Assembly (NCBI GenBank): GCA_050952625.1
Contig: JBMNLH010000001.1
Span: forward strand, 960,001-1,024,000
Length of the DNA stretch: 64,000 nt
Reading direction: 5' to 3'
DNA from: Bacillota bacterium
Lineage (GTDB): Bacteria; Bacillota; Ch66; Ch109
Part shown: piece by piece, positions 48,758 to 60,037 of the stretch
Layout of the letters: the number at the start of each line of letters is the position of its first letter
Position numbering within the stretch: position 1 is the first letter of the stretch
Notes under the pieces: model-generated
The model's database searches: none
What the model saw: the letters and a program-made list of their open reading frames with translations, nothing else
Told to the model about the DNA's origin: nothing
Position numbers and translations under genes: made by a program

Positions 48758-49294
48758 ATGAAGGTAAAGGCGAGGCTATTGGTGTCGCTGTTATCCCTTT
48801 TATTGATCGGGTTGGGTGTGCTTGCCATAGCAATTGGCTTGGGATGGATGGTGCCCATTGACCAATTATTGAGTGTCCTGAATCAGACCCAGGGAAAATG
48901 GTTAGTCGGTCTGGTGGGAGCTGTTCTGCTTCTGCTAGGGTTAATCCTCTTCTTTGATAATTTTAGGACTGCTCCCGTTCCCCAGGGAGTTATCAGAGAA
49001 CTAAAATTGGGCCGAGTAGTAACCACGGTTCAAGCCCTGGAAAGTGTCGTGCACCGGGCGGTTCGTCAGGTGCGCGGAGTCAGGGAAGTGAAACCCCTGA
49101 TCCGAGTCGAGGCAGCTGGCTTAATTGTTGTGGTGCGCGTTGTCCTTTCACCAGAAGTGAAAGTACCCGAGATAGCCGAACAAATCCAACAAAACGTCAA
49201 GACTCAAATTAACGACACCATAGGGACAGAAGTGGTCGAAGTGCGGGTCAAGGTAGATAATATCGGCTACGACGCGGCGGCCCGGGTGGAATAG
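48758..49294 (+). CDS. AmaP-like Asp23 membrane anchor protein
   Basis: Two N-terminal TM helices, an Asp23-like domain and a C-terminal RVE. Confidence 0.8.
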   Translation: MKVKARLLVSLLSLLLIGLGVLAIAIGLGWMVPIDQLLSVLNQTQGKWLVGLVGAVLLLLGLILFFDNFRTAPVPQGVIRELKLGRVVTTVQALESVVHRAVRQVRGVREVKPLIRVEAAGLIVVVRVVLSPEVKVPEIAEQIQQNVKTQINDTIGTEVVEVRVKVDNIGYDAAARVE

Positions 49295-49321
49295 GGTTTT
49301 TCTATTGGAGGGGATCGTATA

Positions 49322-49540
49322 GTGATGAATGAGATTCTGACCGAGCTTTGGGCACAACATCGAGGGAAAATTTTAGGTGTCGCTGCCGGCGTAGGGTTTA
49401 GTTGTTGTATACTTGCCTTTGGGTTCTGGCGATCGCTCTTTGTTGTTCTTTGTGCTGTCCTGGGATATTTTATAGGTAAGCGAATTGACGAAAAGGGTGG
49501 TTGGCGGGACTTTTACAACCGAATGTTTCCGGAACGCTAA
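49322..49540 (+). CDS. DUF2273 small membrane protein
   Basis: HRGKILG...FGFWRSLF...GYFIGKRID. Confidence 0.8.
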   Translation: MMNEILTELWAQHRGKILGVAAGVGFSCCILAFGFWRSLFVVLCAVLGYFIGKRIDEKGGWRDFYNRMFPER

Positions 49541-49634
49541 CTAAAAGAACTTTGGCGATTGAGGAGGTCTGGCCGGAAGGTGGCAATTGGTCATAATAGA
49601 GTAGGCCTAAGCCTTATATCGGCTGAGATAGTGA

Positions 49635-50063
49635 ATGAGTAGAAGAAAAGCACGCGAGACCGCGTTAATGGTGATTTTTCAAATGGATTTGGTCAAAGCA
49701 GAGTTGCAAGACGCTCTCGATTTTGTGTTACAAGAGTTTGCCGTTCAGCCTTCGGCGATTGATTATGCTCGCGAATTGGCTAGCGGAGTGTGGGGATATC
49801 GCGAAAACCTGGATGCCTTAATTCAGCGGGAAAGCACCGAATGGGAAGTACCAAGGATGGCCGTAGTTGATCGCAATATTTTGCGTTTAGCGGTCTATGA
49901 GATGTTTATTCTGAATGAAGTACCAGATCGGGTAGCCATTAATGAAGCAGTCGAATTAGCTAAACGGTTTGGCGGACCTGAATCAGGTAAATTTGTAAAT
50001 GGGATTCTGGGCAGTCTGATTAAGAATGATTCCTCTTCACCTCAGACGGGCGGGGGAGTATAG
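49635..50063 (+). CDS. nusB: Transcription antitermination factor
   Basis: RRKARE, DRNILRLA, AINEAVELAK and FVNGILG. Confidence 0.97.
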   Translation: MSRRKARETALMVIFQMDLVKAELQDALDFVLQEFAVQPSAIDYARELASGVWGYRENLDALIQRESTEWEVPRMAVVDRNILRLAVYEMFILNEVPDRVAINEAVELAKRFGGPESGKFVNGILGSLIKNDSSSPQTGGGV

Positions 50064-50066
50064 ATT

Positions 50067-51050
50067 ATGGCTTGTTTTTTAGGGTTAGATACCAGTGCTT
50101 ATACAACATCGGCTGCGGTTATAGACAATAATGGTAATCTAGTAGATGAGGAAAGACAGTTGTTGACTGTTTTGCCCGGGGAGCGGGGGTTGCAGCAGTC
50201 GCAAGCTGTCTTTCAACATATCCAGAACCTCCCTATGATAATAACCCGATTATTCGGACGTTGTTCTGATCTGAGCTTGGGTGACTTGACTGGCGTAGCG
50301 GTAAGTCAGCAGCCGCGGCCAGTGAAAGGTTCTTATATGCCGGTGTTTCGAGTAGGTTTGAGCCTAGCCGAAAGTTTTTCAACCATGAGTCGGGTTTTTT
50401 TAAAGAGAGTTTCCCACCAGGAGGGTCATTTGCGAGCCGGTCTTTTTTCCGCCGGTGGGCCGACCGCCGATAGGTTTTTAGCGGTTCATTTTTCTGGGGG
50501 AACTTCTGAAATCTTAAGGGTCGATCGCCTAACCGGAGGGTTTGCCATCAACATTTTAGGAGCCACGACTGATCTCCATGCGGGTCAATTGGTTGACCGA
50601 GTTGGAGTTCGGCTGGGCTTGCCGTTTCCGGCCGGTCCGGCTTTGGAGGCTTTGGCCAATAAAAGCCAAACTCCTGAAGAATCTCCTTTTTATCTACCTT
50701 CAGCCGTGAAGGGCTGCAATTTCAGCTTCTCGGGAGCAGAAACCAAAGCCCGATCTTGGATAGAGACTGGCGGGTCACCGATAAATGTTGCTCGGGCTGT
50801 AGAAGCCTGTATCGCTAAAACTCTTGAGAAGGTACTGCGGCAGGCGATTCGGGATACCGGCATTAAGGATATTCTTTTCGTTGGTGGGGTAATGGCCAAC
50901 CAATATTTGCGCCAGCGGTTAAAACAAAGACTGGAACATCCAGCTATTCAGGCTAAACTGTGTTTTGCGGCCCCTCACTTGAGTTCTGACAACGCGGTTG
51001 GTGTTGCTTTATTAGCTTTTGATGAGTGGCAACAGCAACAAATCGCATAG
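50067..51050 (+). CDS. TsaD/Kae1-like paralog (often annotated O-sialoglycoprotein endopeptidase)
   Basis: LGLDTSAYTTS, SHQEGH, SGGT, GGVMAN and SDNAVG. Confidence 0.82.
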   Translation: MACFLGLDTSAYTTSAAVIDNNGNLVDEERQLLTVLPGERGLQQSQAVFQHIQNLPMIITRLFGRCSDLSLGDLTGVAVSQQPRPVKGSYMPVFRVGLSLAESFSTMSRVFLKRVSHQEGHLRAGLFSAGGPTADRFLAVHFSGGTSEILRVDRLTGGFAINILGATTDLHAGQLVDRVGVRLGLPFPAGPALEALANKSQTPEESPFYLPSAVKGCNFSFSGAETKARSWIETGGSPINVARAVEACIAKTLEKVLRQAIRDTGIKDILFVGGVMANQYLRQRLKQRLEHPAIQAKLCFAAPHLSSDNAVGVALLAFDEWQQQQIA

Positions 51051-51202
51051 GATGATTGCACAGGGTTATTACGAAGGTCGGCGATTGATGGTTTGGATTA
51101 TTATTTTCGTTCCCAAACCAGTCTGCTGATCGAATATAAACACGTGCTTAGAAATATTTCAGAGATGAATCAATTAGACGATGCTTTAGAAGGAGTGAGA
51201 AA

Positions 51203-52057
51203 ATGACGGCCAAAATCATCGATGGAAAGTCGGTAGCAGCTCAAATAAGGATGGAATTAAAAGCTGAGGTCGAGGAACTTAAGCGTGGGGGCATCTGTCC
51301 GGGAATAGCGGTTATTATGGTCGGGGATGACCCAGCCTCCCAGATGTACGTGAAAATGAAAGAAAAGGCGTCTCAGGAGATTGGGCTGCATTCGGTTTTA
51401 CGGTTAATGCCGGTTGGTACGACGCAGGAACAGTTACTTCAGGTGATTGGCGAGATGAATCGGGATTCTAACATCCACGGGTTTATGGTACAGCTTCCTT
51501 TGCCGAAACCGCTTCGTGAGAAGGAAGTGCTCGAAGCTATTCATCCTGATAAGGATGTTGATTGCTTTCATCCCTACAATGTCGGGCGTTTATTAGTCGG
51601 AGAAGCGGGGGTAAAACCTTGTACACCTCTAGGCTGCCTGACCTTGCTGGATCGCTATGGGCTTGAGATAGAAGGGAAGAAAGCGGTGGTTGTGGGTCGC
51701 AGCAACATTGTTGGTAAACCAGTCGCAACCATGCTGCTGCACCGAAACGCCACAGTAACCATTTGTCATTCGCGGACGAAGGATCTAGCGGCTGAACTTC
51801 GTCAAGCGGATATAGTTGTCGCAGCAGTCGGTCAGCCGCAACTGATTACTGGGGAAATGCTTAAGCCAGGGGCCGTGGTTATTGATGTCGGTACAAATCG
51901 CTTACCCAGCGGCAAAGTAGTGGGGGATGTTGATCTAGCCAGTGCCAGCCAGGTAGCTGCCTGGATTACGCCGGTACCAGGCGGGGTAGGTCCGATGACA
52001 ATCGCGATGCTGATGAAAAATACGGTGGAGGCGGCAAAAAACCAGTGCATGGGCTGA
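51203..52057 (+). CDS. folD: Methylenetetrahydrofolate dehydrogenase/cyclohydrolase
   Basis: [17 protein letters not shown] and [11 protein letters not shown]. Confidence 0.97.
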   Translation: MTAKIIDGKSVAAQIRMELKAEVEELKRGGICPGIAVIMVGDDPASQMYVKMKEKASQEIGLHSVLRLMPVGTTQEQLLQVIGEMNRDSNIHGFMVQLPLPKPLREKEVLEAIHPDKDVDCFHPYNVGRLLVGEAGVKPCTPLGCLTLLDRYGLEIEGKKAVVVGRSNIVGKPVATMLLHRNATVTICHSRTKDLAAELRQADIVVAAVGQPQLITGEMLKPGAVVIDVGTNRLPSGKVVGDVDLASASQVAAWITPVPGGVGPMTIAMLMKNTVEAAKNQCMG

Positions 52058-53310
52058 GAATCCTTTCGGTCAGCGAAGCAGTAGGCCGGATCCAGGGGTT
52101 ACTGTCAGAAGACAAAATCTTGAATAATTTATGGTTGCGCGGGGAGATTTCTAATTTTCGGGCACCTCGTTCTGGACATTGGTATTTTACTTTAAAAGAT
52201 TCTGTCAGTTCATTACGTTGTGTAATGTTTCGTTCCCGGGCGAACCGAACTGCTTTTCTACCGCAGGATGGACTAAGAGTCATTATTCGCGGCTATGTTT
52301 CTCTGTATGAACGGGATGGGACCCTGCAAATATATGTTGAGGAATTGCAGGCGGATGGCCTTGGCGCGCTTTGGCTAGCTTTTCAACAGTTGAAGGAGAA
52401 ATTGGCGGAAGAAGGGCTATTCGCACCGGCTAGAAAGCGAACTCTACCAGGATTCCCCAAGGTGATCGGGATTGTTACTTCTCCGACCGGGGCTGCTTTC
52501 CAGGATTTGCGCACAATTATTCATCGCCGTTGCCCCATAGCGAAGATTGTTCTGGCTCCAGCTTCAGTTCAAGGTCAGGAAGCTCCCCAGGAGATCGCGG
52601 CTGCTTTGTCTTGGTTGAATCAGCGGCCGGAGATAGAGGTCATTATCATTGGCCGAGGAGGCGGCTCCCTGGAGGAGCTGTGGGCTTTTAATACTGAGAT
52701 CGTGGCCCGGGCTGTTTTTGCTTCGCGAGTACCGGTAATTTCCGCCGTGGGACACGAGACTGATTACTCAATCACCGATTGGGTGGCTGATTATCGGGCC
52801 GCTACCCCATCAGCCGCGGCCGAAATAGTGGTGCCGGTATTAACAGAATTAACCACCCGACTGAGCACCTTGCAGAATCATTTAGGTCTCGCGATGACCA
52901 GATATCTACGAAGACAACGGGAACAAGTACAGCAGTTAGCAAACCGAAGAGTGTTGACCAATCCGCGCGTTTTTACAGAATTACGTAAAACTGAGCTTAA
53001 CCGAAAACAAAGAGAATTAAAGTTTTTCTTAAATCAACTGCTACAGAATAAGCGAACTAGGTTAGCGGCGGCAACTGATCAACTTATGGCCCTGAGTCCT
53101 TTAGGCGTCTTGGGGCGAGGGTATGCTATTTGCCGAAAACAGCCAACCCGGGAGTTGGTTCGATGTAGCACTCAGGTTGAGCTCGGGGATACGGTTGAGG
53201 TTTGCTTGAATCAGGGTTGGCTGATCTGTCAAGTTGAGGACAAGCAGAGCGGTACCGCAAGGTCGATTAGCGGCCATCATCACAATTGGCGACCGTTAGT
53301 GTCCGAGTAG
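52045..53310 (+). CDS. xseA: Exodeoxyribonuclease VII large subunit
   Basis: [29 protein letters not shown] and GHETD. Confidence 0.96.
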   Translation: MHGLRILSVSEAVGRIQGLLSEDKILNNLWLRGEISNFRAPRSGHWYFTLKDSVSSLRCVMFRSRANRTAFLPQDGLRVIIRGYVSLYERDGTLQIYVEELQADGLGALWLAFQQLKEKLAEEGLFAPARKRTLPGFPKVIGIVTSPTGAAFQDLRTIIHRRCPIAKIVLAPASVQGQEAPQEIAAALSWLNQRPEIEVIIIGRGGGSLEELWAFNTEIVARAVFASRVPVISAVGHETDYSITDWVADYRAATPSAAAEIVVPVLTELTTRLSTLQNHLGLAMTRYLRRQREQVQQLANRRVLTNPRVFTELRKTELNRKQRELKFFLNQLLQNKRTRLAAATDQLMALSPLGVLGRGYAICRKQPTRELVRCSTQVELGDTVEVCLNQGWLICQVEDKQSGTARSISGHHHNWRPLVSE

Positions 53311-53342
53311 CTGTTCTTTGATTTTTGAGGGATTAAACATTA

Positions 53343-53384
53343 TTTAGAGTAGTCTTTTAGAGTAGTCTTTTAGAGTAGTCTTTT
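53343..53384 (+). repeat. 13-bp tandem repeat (TTTAGAGTAGTCT) x3.2
   Basis: Three exact copies in the xseA-xseB intergenic region. Confidence 0.9.
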
Positions 53385-53406
53385 CGAGAGTGAGGTCGGG
53401 GATTAA

Positions 53407-53649
53407 TTGGTAAAAACGCCGGAAAACTTGAGTTTTGAAGGGGCAATGACCCGCCTGGAAGAAATAGTAAAACAGTTGGAGCAGGGGGAGCTGTCCTTAG
53501 ATGAAGCTCTGGGGTGTTTCCAGGAAGGAGTCGGCCTGGTACGATTATGTAATAACCAACTCCGGTCTGTTGAAGGACAAGTCGAGATTTTAATGCAACA
53601 ACTAGAAGGCGAATCTGGGGAAGAAGGCAATACAGATGAAATGGATTGA
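53407..53649 (+). CDS. xseB: Exodeoxyribonuclease VII small subunit
   Basis: FEGAMTRLEEIVKQLEQGELSLDEAL. Confidence 0.95.
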   Translation: MVKTPENLSFEGAMTRLEEIVKQLEQGELSLDEALGCFQEGVGLVRLCNNQLRSVEGQVEILMQQLEGESGEEGNTDEMD

Positions 53650-54532
53650 GCAGGAATTAGTGAGGCGAGCCCGGGAAATCGATCAAATGTTAACAGAGTT
53701 TTTACCCTCGGAGAATGGATATCCGCCAGTGATTCATCAGGCCATGCGTTATAGTGTATTGGCGGGAGGAAAAAGACTGCGGCCGATTCTGGTTATGGCA
53801 GCGGCGGAAGCGGTTGGCGGTAACTTACGTTCAGTACAACCAGTTGCCGTCGCGTTAGAATTTATTCATACTTATTCATTGATTCACGATGATCTTCCCG
53901 CAATGGATAACGATGATTTCCGCCGGGGGAAGCCGACCTGCCATAAGATTTTTGGCGAAGCTGCGGCTATCCTGGCCGGAGATGCCTTGCTTACCCTGGC
54001 TTTTGAGGTGCTGGCCAAAAGTGCTAGTACTTTTGGCAGCCCCCCTCCATCGGTTATTCTGCAGGTCATTCAAGAAGTGGCTCAGGCTGCTGGCACTTTA
54101 GGAATGATCGGAGGTCAGGTGGTTGATTTAGAGTCTGAGGGTCAACCAATTGATGAGGCTACTTTGGAGTATATCCATCGCCATAAGACCGGTGCCCTGA
54201 TCCGAGCCTCGGTCCGGGCTGGGGCTTTATTTAGCGGAGCAAATTCAGATGATCTGGCTGACTTAACCGAATATGCTGAGGATTTCGGACTGGCATTTCA
54301 AATTGCGGACGATATATTGGATGTGGTTGGTGATGAGCGTAAGCTAGGCAAACCAATTGGCAGTGATCTGCGGAATAAAAAGTCTACTTTTCCATCTCTT
54401 TATGGTTTAGAACAATCTCGTAAAATAGCTCAAGACAGTGTAACACGAGCGGTTGCTAGGTTAGTGCGGTTTGGCGGTCGGGCTAGATTCCTAAAAGAGT
54501 TAGTGGAACATGTAATCGAACGGGATAATTAA
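53636..54532 (+). CDS. ispA: Farnesyl/geranyl diphosphate synthase
   Basis: GGKRLRP, SLIHDDLPAMDNDDFRRG and FQIADD. Confidence 0.96.
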   Translation: MKWIEQELVRRAREIDQMLTEFLPSENGYPPVIHQAMRYSVLAGGKRLRPILVMAAAEAVGGNLRSVQPVAVALEFIHTYSLIHDDLPAMDNDDFRRGKPTCHKIFGEAAAILAGDALLTLAFEVLAKSASTFGSPPPSVILQVIQEVAQAAGTLGMIGGQVVDLESEGQPIDEATLEYIHRHKTGALIRASVRAGALFSGANSDDLADLTEYAEDFGLAFQIADDILDVVGDERKLGKPIGSDLRNKKSTFPSLYGLEQSRKIAQDSVTRAVARLVRFGGRARFLKELVEHVIERDN

Positions 54533-54764
54533 ATCGAGATAATAAGAATATGAGATTAAATTGGCAGATAATGAGTATAAAGCGGTCAGTCACGTTATTC
54601 ACTGCTGATTTAAATTTATAGGCATAAGCATCTAATCTCAACCTGATGTTACTGAAAGAACGAGTATATTGAAGCACTAATGCGTTTGGAAAAGGGCGTT
54701 GTTGAGGTTTCATATTTAATGCGCAATTAAACTCAGAGTACCCTTGAATCATTCCAGGTAACCT

Positions 54765-54794
54765 TTGAATCATTATCAAACTGTATGCTATAAT
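54765..54794 (+). promoter_or_regulatory. sigma-A-type promoter of the OLE RNA
   Basis: TTGAAT-N18-TATAAT with an extended TG, about 16 nt before the OLE 5' stem. Confidence 0.6.
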
Positions 54795-54810
54795 TGGACC
54801 AAACGATAAT

Positions 54811-55397
54811 GTGGGTGGTGCAGTATTCTAGTCAGCCATCCAATCTTGAAGGCGGGCCTAAAAATCCGTCAAGGGCACATCGATGAAGTTCCTGGTGCTG
54901 GCTTGTGACGCCCAGTCAGGGGCTGGTACTGGGAAATAAGGGGGATGGGGCGATCTACAAGGGCATGTAGGCGTTGACCCCGCCTCCGTGGAGGCCCAAG
55001 TATGTGGTGACTGTCGAAAGGCAGAGCTATGGCTTGGTGTTGAACCTGCTCGTGGTGTGGTAGCTGCGTGCAGTGTAGCCTGCCTTGAGTGATGACGGTG
55101 GATACCAGGAGACCGGACCATTTAACCGAGGCCTAGGTTGAATGGCCCGGGGTTGAAACCGGCATTGCAAAAGAGGCTAGAGATTGGCTTGGTCTGTCGA
55201 GGAAAACTCCTAGACTGTGTACTCAGTACAGTTTCCTGGGGATTAAAGTGTGTACTAAGTGGTAATCCAGCCTTGATCTCGGTGACGAATCAAAGCTGAC
55301 TTAATGGGAAACCGCCAGAATGGCGACATTCTGGAGTCGAGCTGGGAAATCCTGCTGGACCTATGTCACAGCGTTTACCCAGGCAACGACCACCCAC
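54811..55397 (+). ncRNA. ole: OLE RNA (ornate, large, extremophilic RNA)
   Basis: About 590 nt GC-rich non-coding stretch closed by GTGGGTGGT/ACCACCCAC; OLE-like segments CAGTATTCTAGTCAG and ACTAAGTGGTAATCCAG; diagnostic ispA-ole-oapA-dxs context. Confidence 0.9.
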
Positions 55398-55499
55398 CCA
55401 AATTTATTATTACCTGCTATTGATTATATTGTCCTTATTCATGGGCAATATATACTTTAATATTAGGACCGAAGCAGTAAATTTTCGGAGTGAATAGTA

Positions 55500-56135
55500 T
55501 TGGGAAGGAATCGAATTAGTTCCAATTACCCCAACTCCCGATCAAGCAGAACCCAAGTACTTAATTGGCTCCGTGGAGTTATGCTTATTTCTGGAGGCAC
55601 TTTTATTTTAGCCATTATTGTCAGTTTAGCCTCAGAGTTTTTTTTGCGGAGCGTTACTTCACTCCTTCTGGCTTTTCTAATTTTATTAACAATTATCTTA
55701 ATTGGCGTCGTGTTTGATGCAATCGGGGTAGCTGCCGCTGCTGCTCAGGAACCTCCTTTTCACGCTAAAGCAGCTGACCGGATTCGGGGAGCTTCGGAAG
55801 CGGTCCAATTAGTTCGGCGTGCTGATCGGGTATCTAGTTTCTGTAATGATGTAGTGGGCGATGTCTGCGGAACCATTAGTGGTGCAATCGGAGCAATGAT
55901 CGCCCTGCGTCTTTTATACATAAAACCAACCATGGGCGAAATGGCGGTCACGGTTGTCATGACCGGTTTGATCGCCGCGTTAACCGTCGGGGGTAAAGCA
56001 GCCGGAAAAACATTTGCGATTAACCAAGCCAATGATATTATTTTTCGGGTAGGGCAAACCATATCTTGGTTTAAAAGGATTACTGGCTGGTCAAGGGCTA
56101 TTGGCGGGAAAAGAGGTAAAAAAAGAACCAGGTGA
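55500..56135 (+). CDS. oapA: OLE-associated protein A
   Basis: Membrane protein with [16 protein letters not shown] and [18 protein letters not shown], directly downstream of OLE. Confidence 0.88.
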   Translation: MGRNRISSNYPNSRSSRTQVLNWLRGVMLISGGTFILAIIVSLASEFFLRSVTSLLLAFLILLTIILIGVVFDAIGVAAAAAQEPPFHAKAADRIRGASEAVQLVRRADRVSSFCNDVVGDVCGTISGAIGAMIALRLLYIKPTMGEMAVTVVMTGLIAALTVGGKAAGKTFAINQANDIIFRVGQTISWFKRITGWSRAIGGKRGKKRTR

Positions 56136-58063
56136 AAAAAGTGAGATTACTAGACACAATCAATCACCCCGAGGAATTAAAATCCTTGAATACAAATCAG
56201 TTAACCCAGCTAGCGAATGAAATCCGCGAAGAACTAGTGGCTACAGTTTCTAAAACCGGAGGACATTTAGCCCCCAATTTAGGGGTGGTCGAGTTAACCT
56301 TGGCTCTGCATCAGGTTTTTAATACACCACGGGATCAAATAGTTTGGGATGTGGGTCACCAAAGTTATGTTCATAAGCTGCTCACCGGACGGCGAACACA
56401 GTTTGCCACCTTGCGGCAACTGGGGGGGCTTAGCGGTTTTCCCAAGCGGACCGAGAGTGTCCACGATGCTTTCGGCACTGGCCACAGCAGCACCTCGATT
56501 TCAGCTGCCCTGGGATTAGCTTTAGCTAGGGATCTAAAATACGAACAACACCATGTCATTGCGGTTATTGGCGATGGAGCTTTAACTGGTGGAATGGCTT
56601 TTGAAGCCTTAAACCACGCTGGTCATCTCCGAACAAATTTAATCGTTGTTCTAAATGATAATGAAATGTCTATCGCCAATAATGTTGGTGCTCTGTCTCG
56701 CTACCTTAATCGCTTGCGGACTGAACCAGTATATTTTCGAAGCAAGGAAGAGGTAGAGTCCCTGCTCAGGCGGATTCCCAAAATTGGGACCCGAGTCCTA
56801 TCCGCGGTTGATCGATTCAAGGATGCCGTCAAGTACCTAGTAGTACCAGGTGTTTTATTTGAGGAATTAGGGTTTACTTACCTAGGGCCGATTGACGGGC
56901 ACAATCTGCCGGCGGTCCGGGATATACTGAAAAATGCTAAACAGGTCGAGGGACCAGTCCTTGTTCATTTGTTGACTAAAAAAGGTAAGGGCTATGGCCC
57001 GGCTGAACGAAACCCGGATAAGTATCATGGGATCGGGCCGTTTAATATTGCCAACGGACAGCCTCAAGCAGGTGCAAACAAGCCTTCTTATACCGAGATT
57101 TTTGGTCAGACTTTAGTCCGGCAGGCCGAACAGGATAAGCGGGTTTTGGCGATAACTGCAGCTATGCCGAGTGGAACTGGCCTGGAAGAGTTTGCCCGTC
57201 GGTTTCCAGAGCGCTTTTTTGATGTTGGTATAGCCGAACAACATGCTGTTACCTTGGCGGCCGGCTTAGCTTGTCAGGGATTTCGACCAGTGGTGGCGGT
57301 TTATTCGACTTTCCTCCAACGCGCTTATGACCAAGTGATGCACGATGTTTGCCTGCAAAATTTACCAGTCGTGTTAGCCATTGATCGCGCTGGCTTGGTG
57401 GGCGAAGATGGTGCTACCCATCAAGGTATTTTCGATATTGCTTTTCTGCGCCATATTCCAAATTTGACCATTATGGCTCCCAAGGATGAGAATGAACTAC
57501 AACATTGTTTAGAAACAGCTAGGGGGATAAACGGGCCAGTTGCGGTACGTTATCCACGGGGAGCCGGTCGAGGCATCCAGTTAGACTCTGAATTTCAGTC
57601 TTTGACCATCGGCCAGGCTGAGGTAATTAGAGATGGCCAGGATTTGGTGATTATTGCTGTCGGGCCAATGGTCTATACCGCAGTAAACGCCGCGATGATC
57701 TTAGAAGAGCAGGGACGGAGCGTCGCGGTGATTAATGCCCGATTTGTTAAGCCGCTTGACGAAGCACTTATTCTACATTATGCTCTCAAGACTCAACGCC
57801 TGATAACCCTGGAGGAGCACTGTTTAGCCGGCGGTTTTGGCAGTGCGGTTGCGGAACTGATTAATCGCCAAAGCAGAACCTGGAAACCGGAATATTCTCC
57901 AGAGCTGTTACATTTGGGAATTCCGGATGAGTTTGTTGAACATGGTTCGCCCGACAGCTTACGTGAGATATATGGTTTAACTCCTTCTGGAATAGTCCAG
58001 GCGATAAACGAACGGTGGCCTGAACGTCGGCGTTTAAGAGCTGCCGGAGCTATTCGATCATGA
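56132..58063 (+). CDS. dxs: 1-deoxy-D-xylulose-5-phosphate synthase
   Basis: [24 protein letters not shown] and DVGIAEQHA. Confidence 0.97.
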   Translation: MKKVRLLDTINHPEELKSLNTNQLTQLANEIREELVATVSKTGGHLAPNLGVVELTLALHQVFNTPRDQIVWDVGHQSYVHKLLTGRRTQFATLRQLGGLSGFPKRTESVHDAFGTGHSSTSISAALGLALARDLKYEQHHVIAVIGDGALTGGMAFEALNHAGHLRTNLIVVLNDNEMSIANNVGALSRYLNRLRTEPVYFRSKEEVESLLRRIPKIGTRVLSAVDRFKDAVKYLVVPGVLFEELGFTYLGPIDGHNLPAVRDILKNAKQVEGPVLVHLLTKKGKGYGPAERNPDKYHGIGPFNIANGQPQAGANKPSYTEIFGQTLVRQAEQDKRVLAITAAMPSGTGLEEFARRFPERFFDVGIAEQHAVTLAAGLACQGFRPVVAVYSTFLQRAYDQVMHDVCLQNLPVVLAIDRAGLVGEDGATHQGIFDIAFLRHIPNLTIMAPKDENELQHCLETARGINGPVAVRYPRGAGRGIQLDSEFQSLTIGQAEVIRDGQDLVIIAVGPMVYTAVNAAMILEEQGRSVAVINARFVKPLDEALILHYALKTQRLITLEEHCLAGGFGSAVAELINRQSRTWKPEYSPELLHLGIPDEFVEHGSPDSLREIYGLTPSGIVQAINERWPERRRLRAAGAIRS

Positions 58064-58076
58064 CTTTAATTTTTGA

Positions 58077-58916
58077 GTGATGAAGATGAAAAAAGAAAAA
58101 AAGAGATTAGATATAATTTTGGTTGAGCAGGGATTATTTGAGAGTAGAGAAAAAGCCCGGGCGGCAATTATGGCTGGCCGGGTTTTAGTTAATGGTCAGC
58201 CGGCCAATAAGGCGGGGGCCCAGTTTCCTAATGATGCTTTAATCCGTCTTCGAGGTGAAGATCCACCTTTTGTTAGTCGAGGCGGACTAAAATTGGCTAA
58301 AGCTTTAGCTGTATTCCCGGTTAGCTTGAAGGATAAGGTGGTTCTAGATATTGGGGCTTCAACCGGTGGGTTTACCGATTGTGCCCTGCAAAATGGGGCG
58401 GCCTGTGTGGTGGCGATTGATGTGGGTTATGGGCAATTAGCTTGGTCCTTACGCCAAGATCCCCGAGTGGTGTGTCTGGAAAGGACAAATATCCGCTACC
58501 TAATGCCGGATCGACTAGCACTTAAAGGAGACATCGGGACGATTGACGTCTCCTTTATTTCATTAAACAAAGTCTTACCCAGTGTGAAGCGGTTGTTAAA
58601 AACTGAGGGTCAGGTAATTGCCCTGATTAAGCCCCAGTTTGAGGCAGGCCCAGATAAAGTAGGTAAAAAAGGGGTAGTAAAAGACCCGGTAATCCACCAA
58701 GAAGTAATCTTGAGAGTCATCAGCACCGCCCAGGAACAAGGGTTTACTGTGAAAGGTTTAAGTTTCTCACCTCTGTTGGGGCCGGAAGGAAATATTGAGT
58801 ATCTGATCTGGTTAGCAGTAAAGCAACCAACGGACAGTAACGAGGAGAATTATCTGTTTCTTGAGGAAGAGGTTAAAAAAGTTGTCCATCAGGCACATAG
58901 CAGCTTAATAAAGTAA
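58077..58916 (+). CDS. tlyA: TlyA family rRNA methyltransferase (YqxC)
   Basis: S4 domain, SRGGLKL, DIGASTGGFTD and LIKPQFE. Confidence 0.94.
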   Translation: MMKMKKEKKRLDIILVEQGLFESREKARAAIMAGRVLVNGQPANKAGAQFPNDALIRLRGEDPPFVSRGGLKLAKALAVFPVSLKDKVVLDIGASTGGFTDCALQNGAACVVAIDVGYGQLAWSLRQDPRVVCLERTNIRYLMPDRLALKGDIGTIDVSFISLNKVLPSVKRLLKTEGQVIALIKPQFEAGPDKVGKKGVVKDPVIHQEVILRVISTAQEQGFTVKGLSFSPLLGPEGNIEYLIWLAVKQPTDSNEENYLFLEEEVKKVVHQAHSSLIK

Positions 58917-58990
58917 AATTAAACAATGATGCGCGTTGTGTTTTTGTGAAGCTTCGCGATTAGTCTTTCAGATTATATCTTTTAGAAAGT

Positions 58991-59059
58991 AAATAACACG
59001 TATATTGATGTTTGTGTTTTTTTCGTTGGTGGTTGTGCCTAACAGGCATGAGCGATTAA
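58991..59059 (-). repeat. Dispersed repeat family A
   Basis: Minus strand reads TTAATCGCTCATGCCTGTTAGGCACAACCACCAACGAAAAAAACACAAAC...CGTGTTATTT. Confidence 0.7.
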
Positions 59060-59108
59060 TAAAAAAAGAGAACTCCAGGTCGCTAGGAAGAGGGACTTAG
59101 CAAACAGT

Positions 59109-60012
59109 ATGAACAATAACAATAGTTTAAAAATAAAAAAAGAAAAACCCGTAAAAAAGGTCGGAATAATTCATAACCACCAGAAGCCGGGCGGACAAGC
59201 GTTAGCCCGGGAACTTCAGGCTTGGTTTAACTCTCGTGGTGTAGAAGTCCGTATACCGGCAAATTCTAGCCAAGAACCTGAGCTGGTGTATCCAACATTC
59301 AGTAATGGGGATTTTTATGTTGGACTAGATTGCCTGGTGGTCATGGGAGGAGATGGAACTTTATTAAGGGCTGCTCGAGCGATGGATGATCTGAGCATTC
59401 CAATTCTTGGGGTTAATTTAGGTAATTTGGGTTTTTTAACCGAGGTCGAACTATCAGATATTTACCCTTATCTTGAAAGATTAGTAACCGGAGACTATGA
59501 GATTGAAGAAAGAATGATGCTGGAATCCCAGGTGGTTCATCAGGGACGGATTGTTGATACCTCGCGGGCCCTTAAATGATGTCGTAGTAGGTAAAGGACC
59601 ATTATCCCGAATTATTACTCTTGATACCTATATTGATGAGCATTATTTTGCAACATTTAGCGGTGATGGTCTGATTATTTCCACCCCTACCGGTTCCACC
59701 GCTTACTCCCTCTCAGCCGGCGGACCGATTGTCAGTCCAGCGGTGGAGATGATTCTGTTAACCCCTATTTGTCCTCATACTTTTTATTCACGTCCAGTAG
59801 TGATCGCGCCGACGCAGCGAATAAGGATTATTATCAGGCCTCGTTTTGATGTGGTATCATTTACTGTTGATGGTCAACACGGTTTTAGTCTTCAGGCTAA
59901 TGATGAAATTATTGTCTCTCGTTCCACCTGTCGGACACGACTAATTAAGGTAAGAGGTCGGCATTTTTTTGATGTGATTAGAGAAAAAATGGGACTTACT
60001 AATCTACTGTAG
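59109..60012 (+). pseudogene. nadK: NAD kinase split by a 1-nt frameshift near 59570 (real or assembly error)
   Basis: First ORF has GGDGT and GNLGFL; second has ND, GDGLIISTPTGSTAYSLSAGGP. Removing one base in GCCCTTAAAT restores ALND. Confidence 0.85.
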
Positions 60013-60037
60013 TTACACAGAAAATTGGGGTGGATTA

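Noticed and set aside
54858-55121. 87-aa minus-strand ORF
   Set aside because: It is antisense to the OLE RNA and has no protein-like features.
1740-59059. CRISPR array from the family A or B repeats or the 13-bp repeat
   Set aside because: Copies are dispersed or directly tandem with no regular unique spacers, and there are no cas genes.
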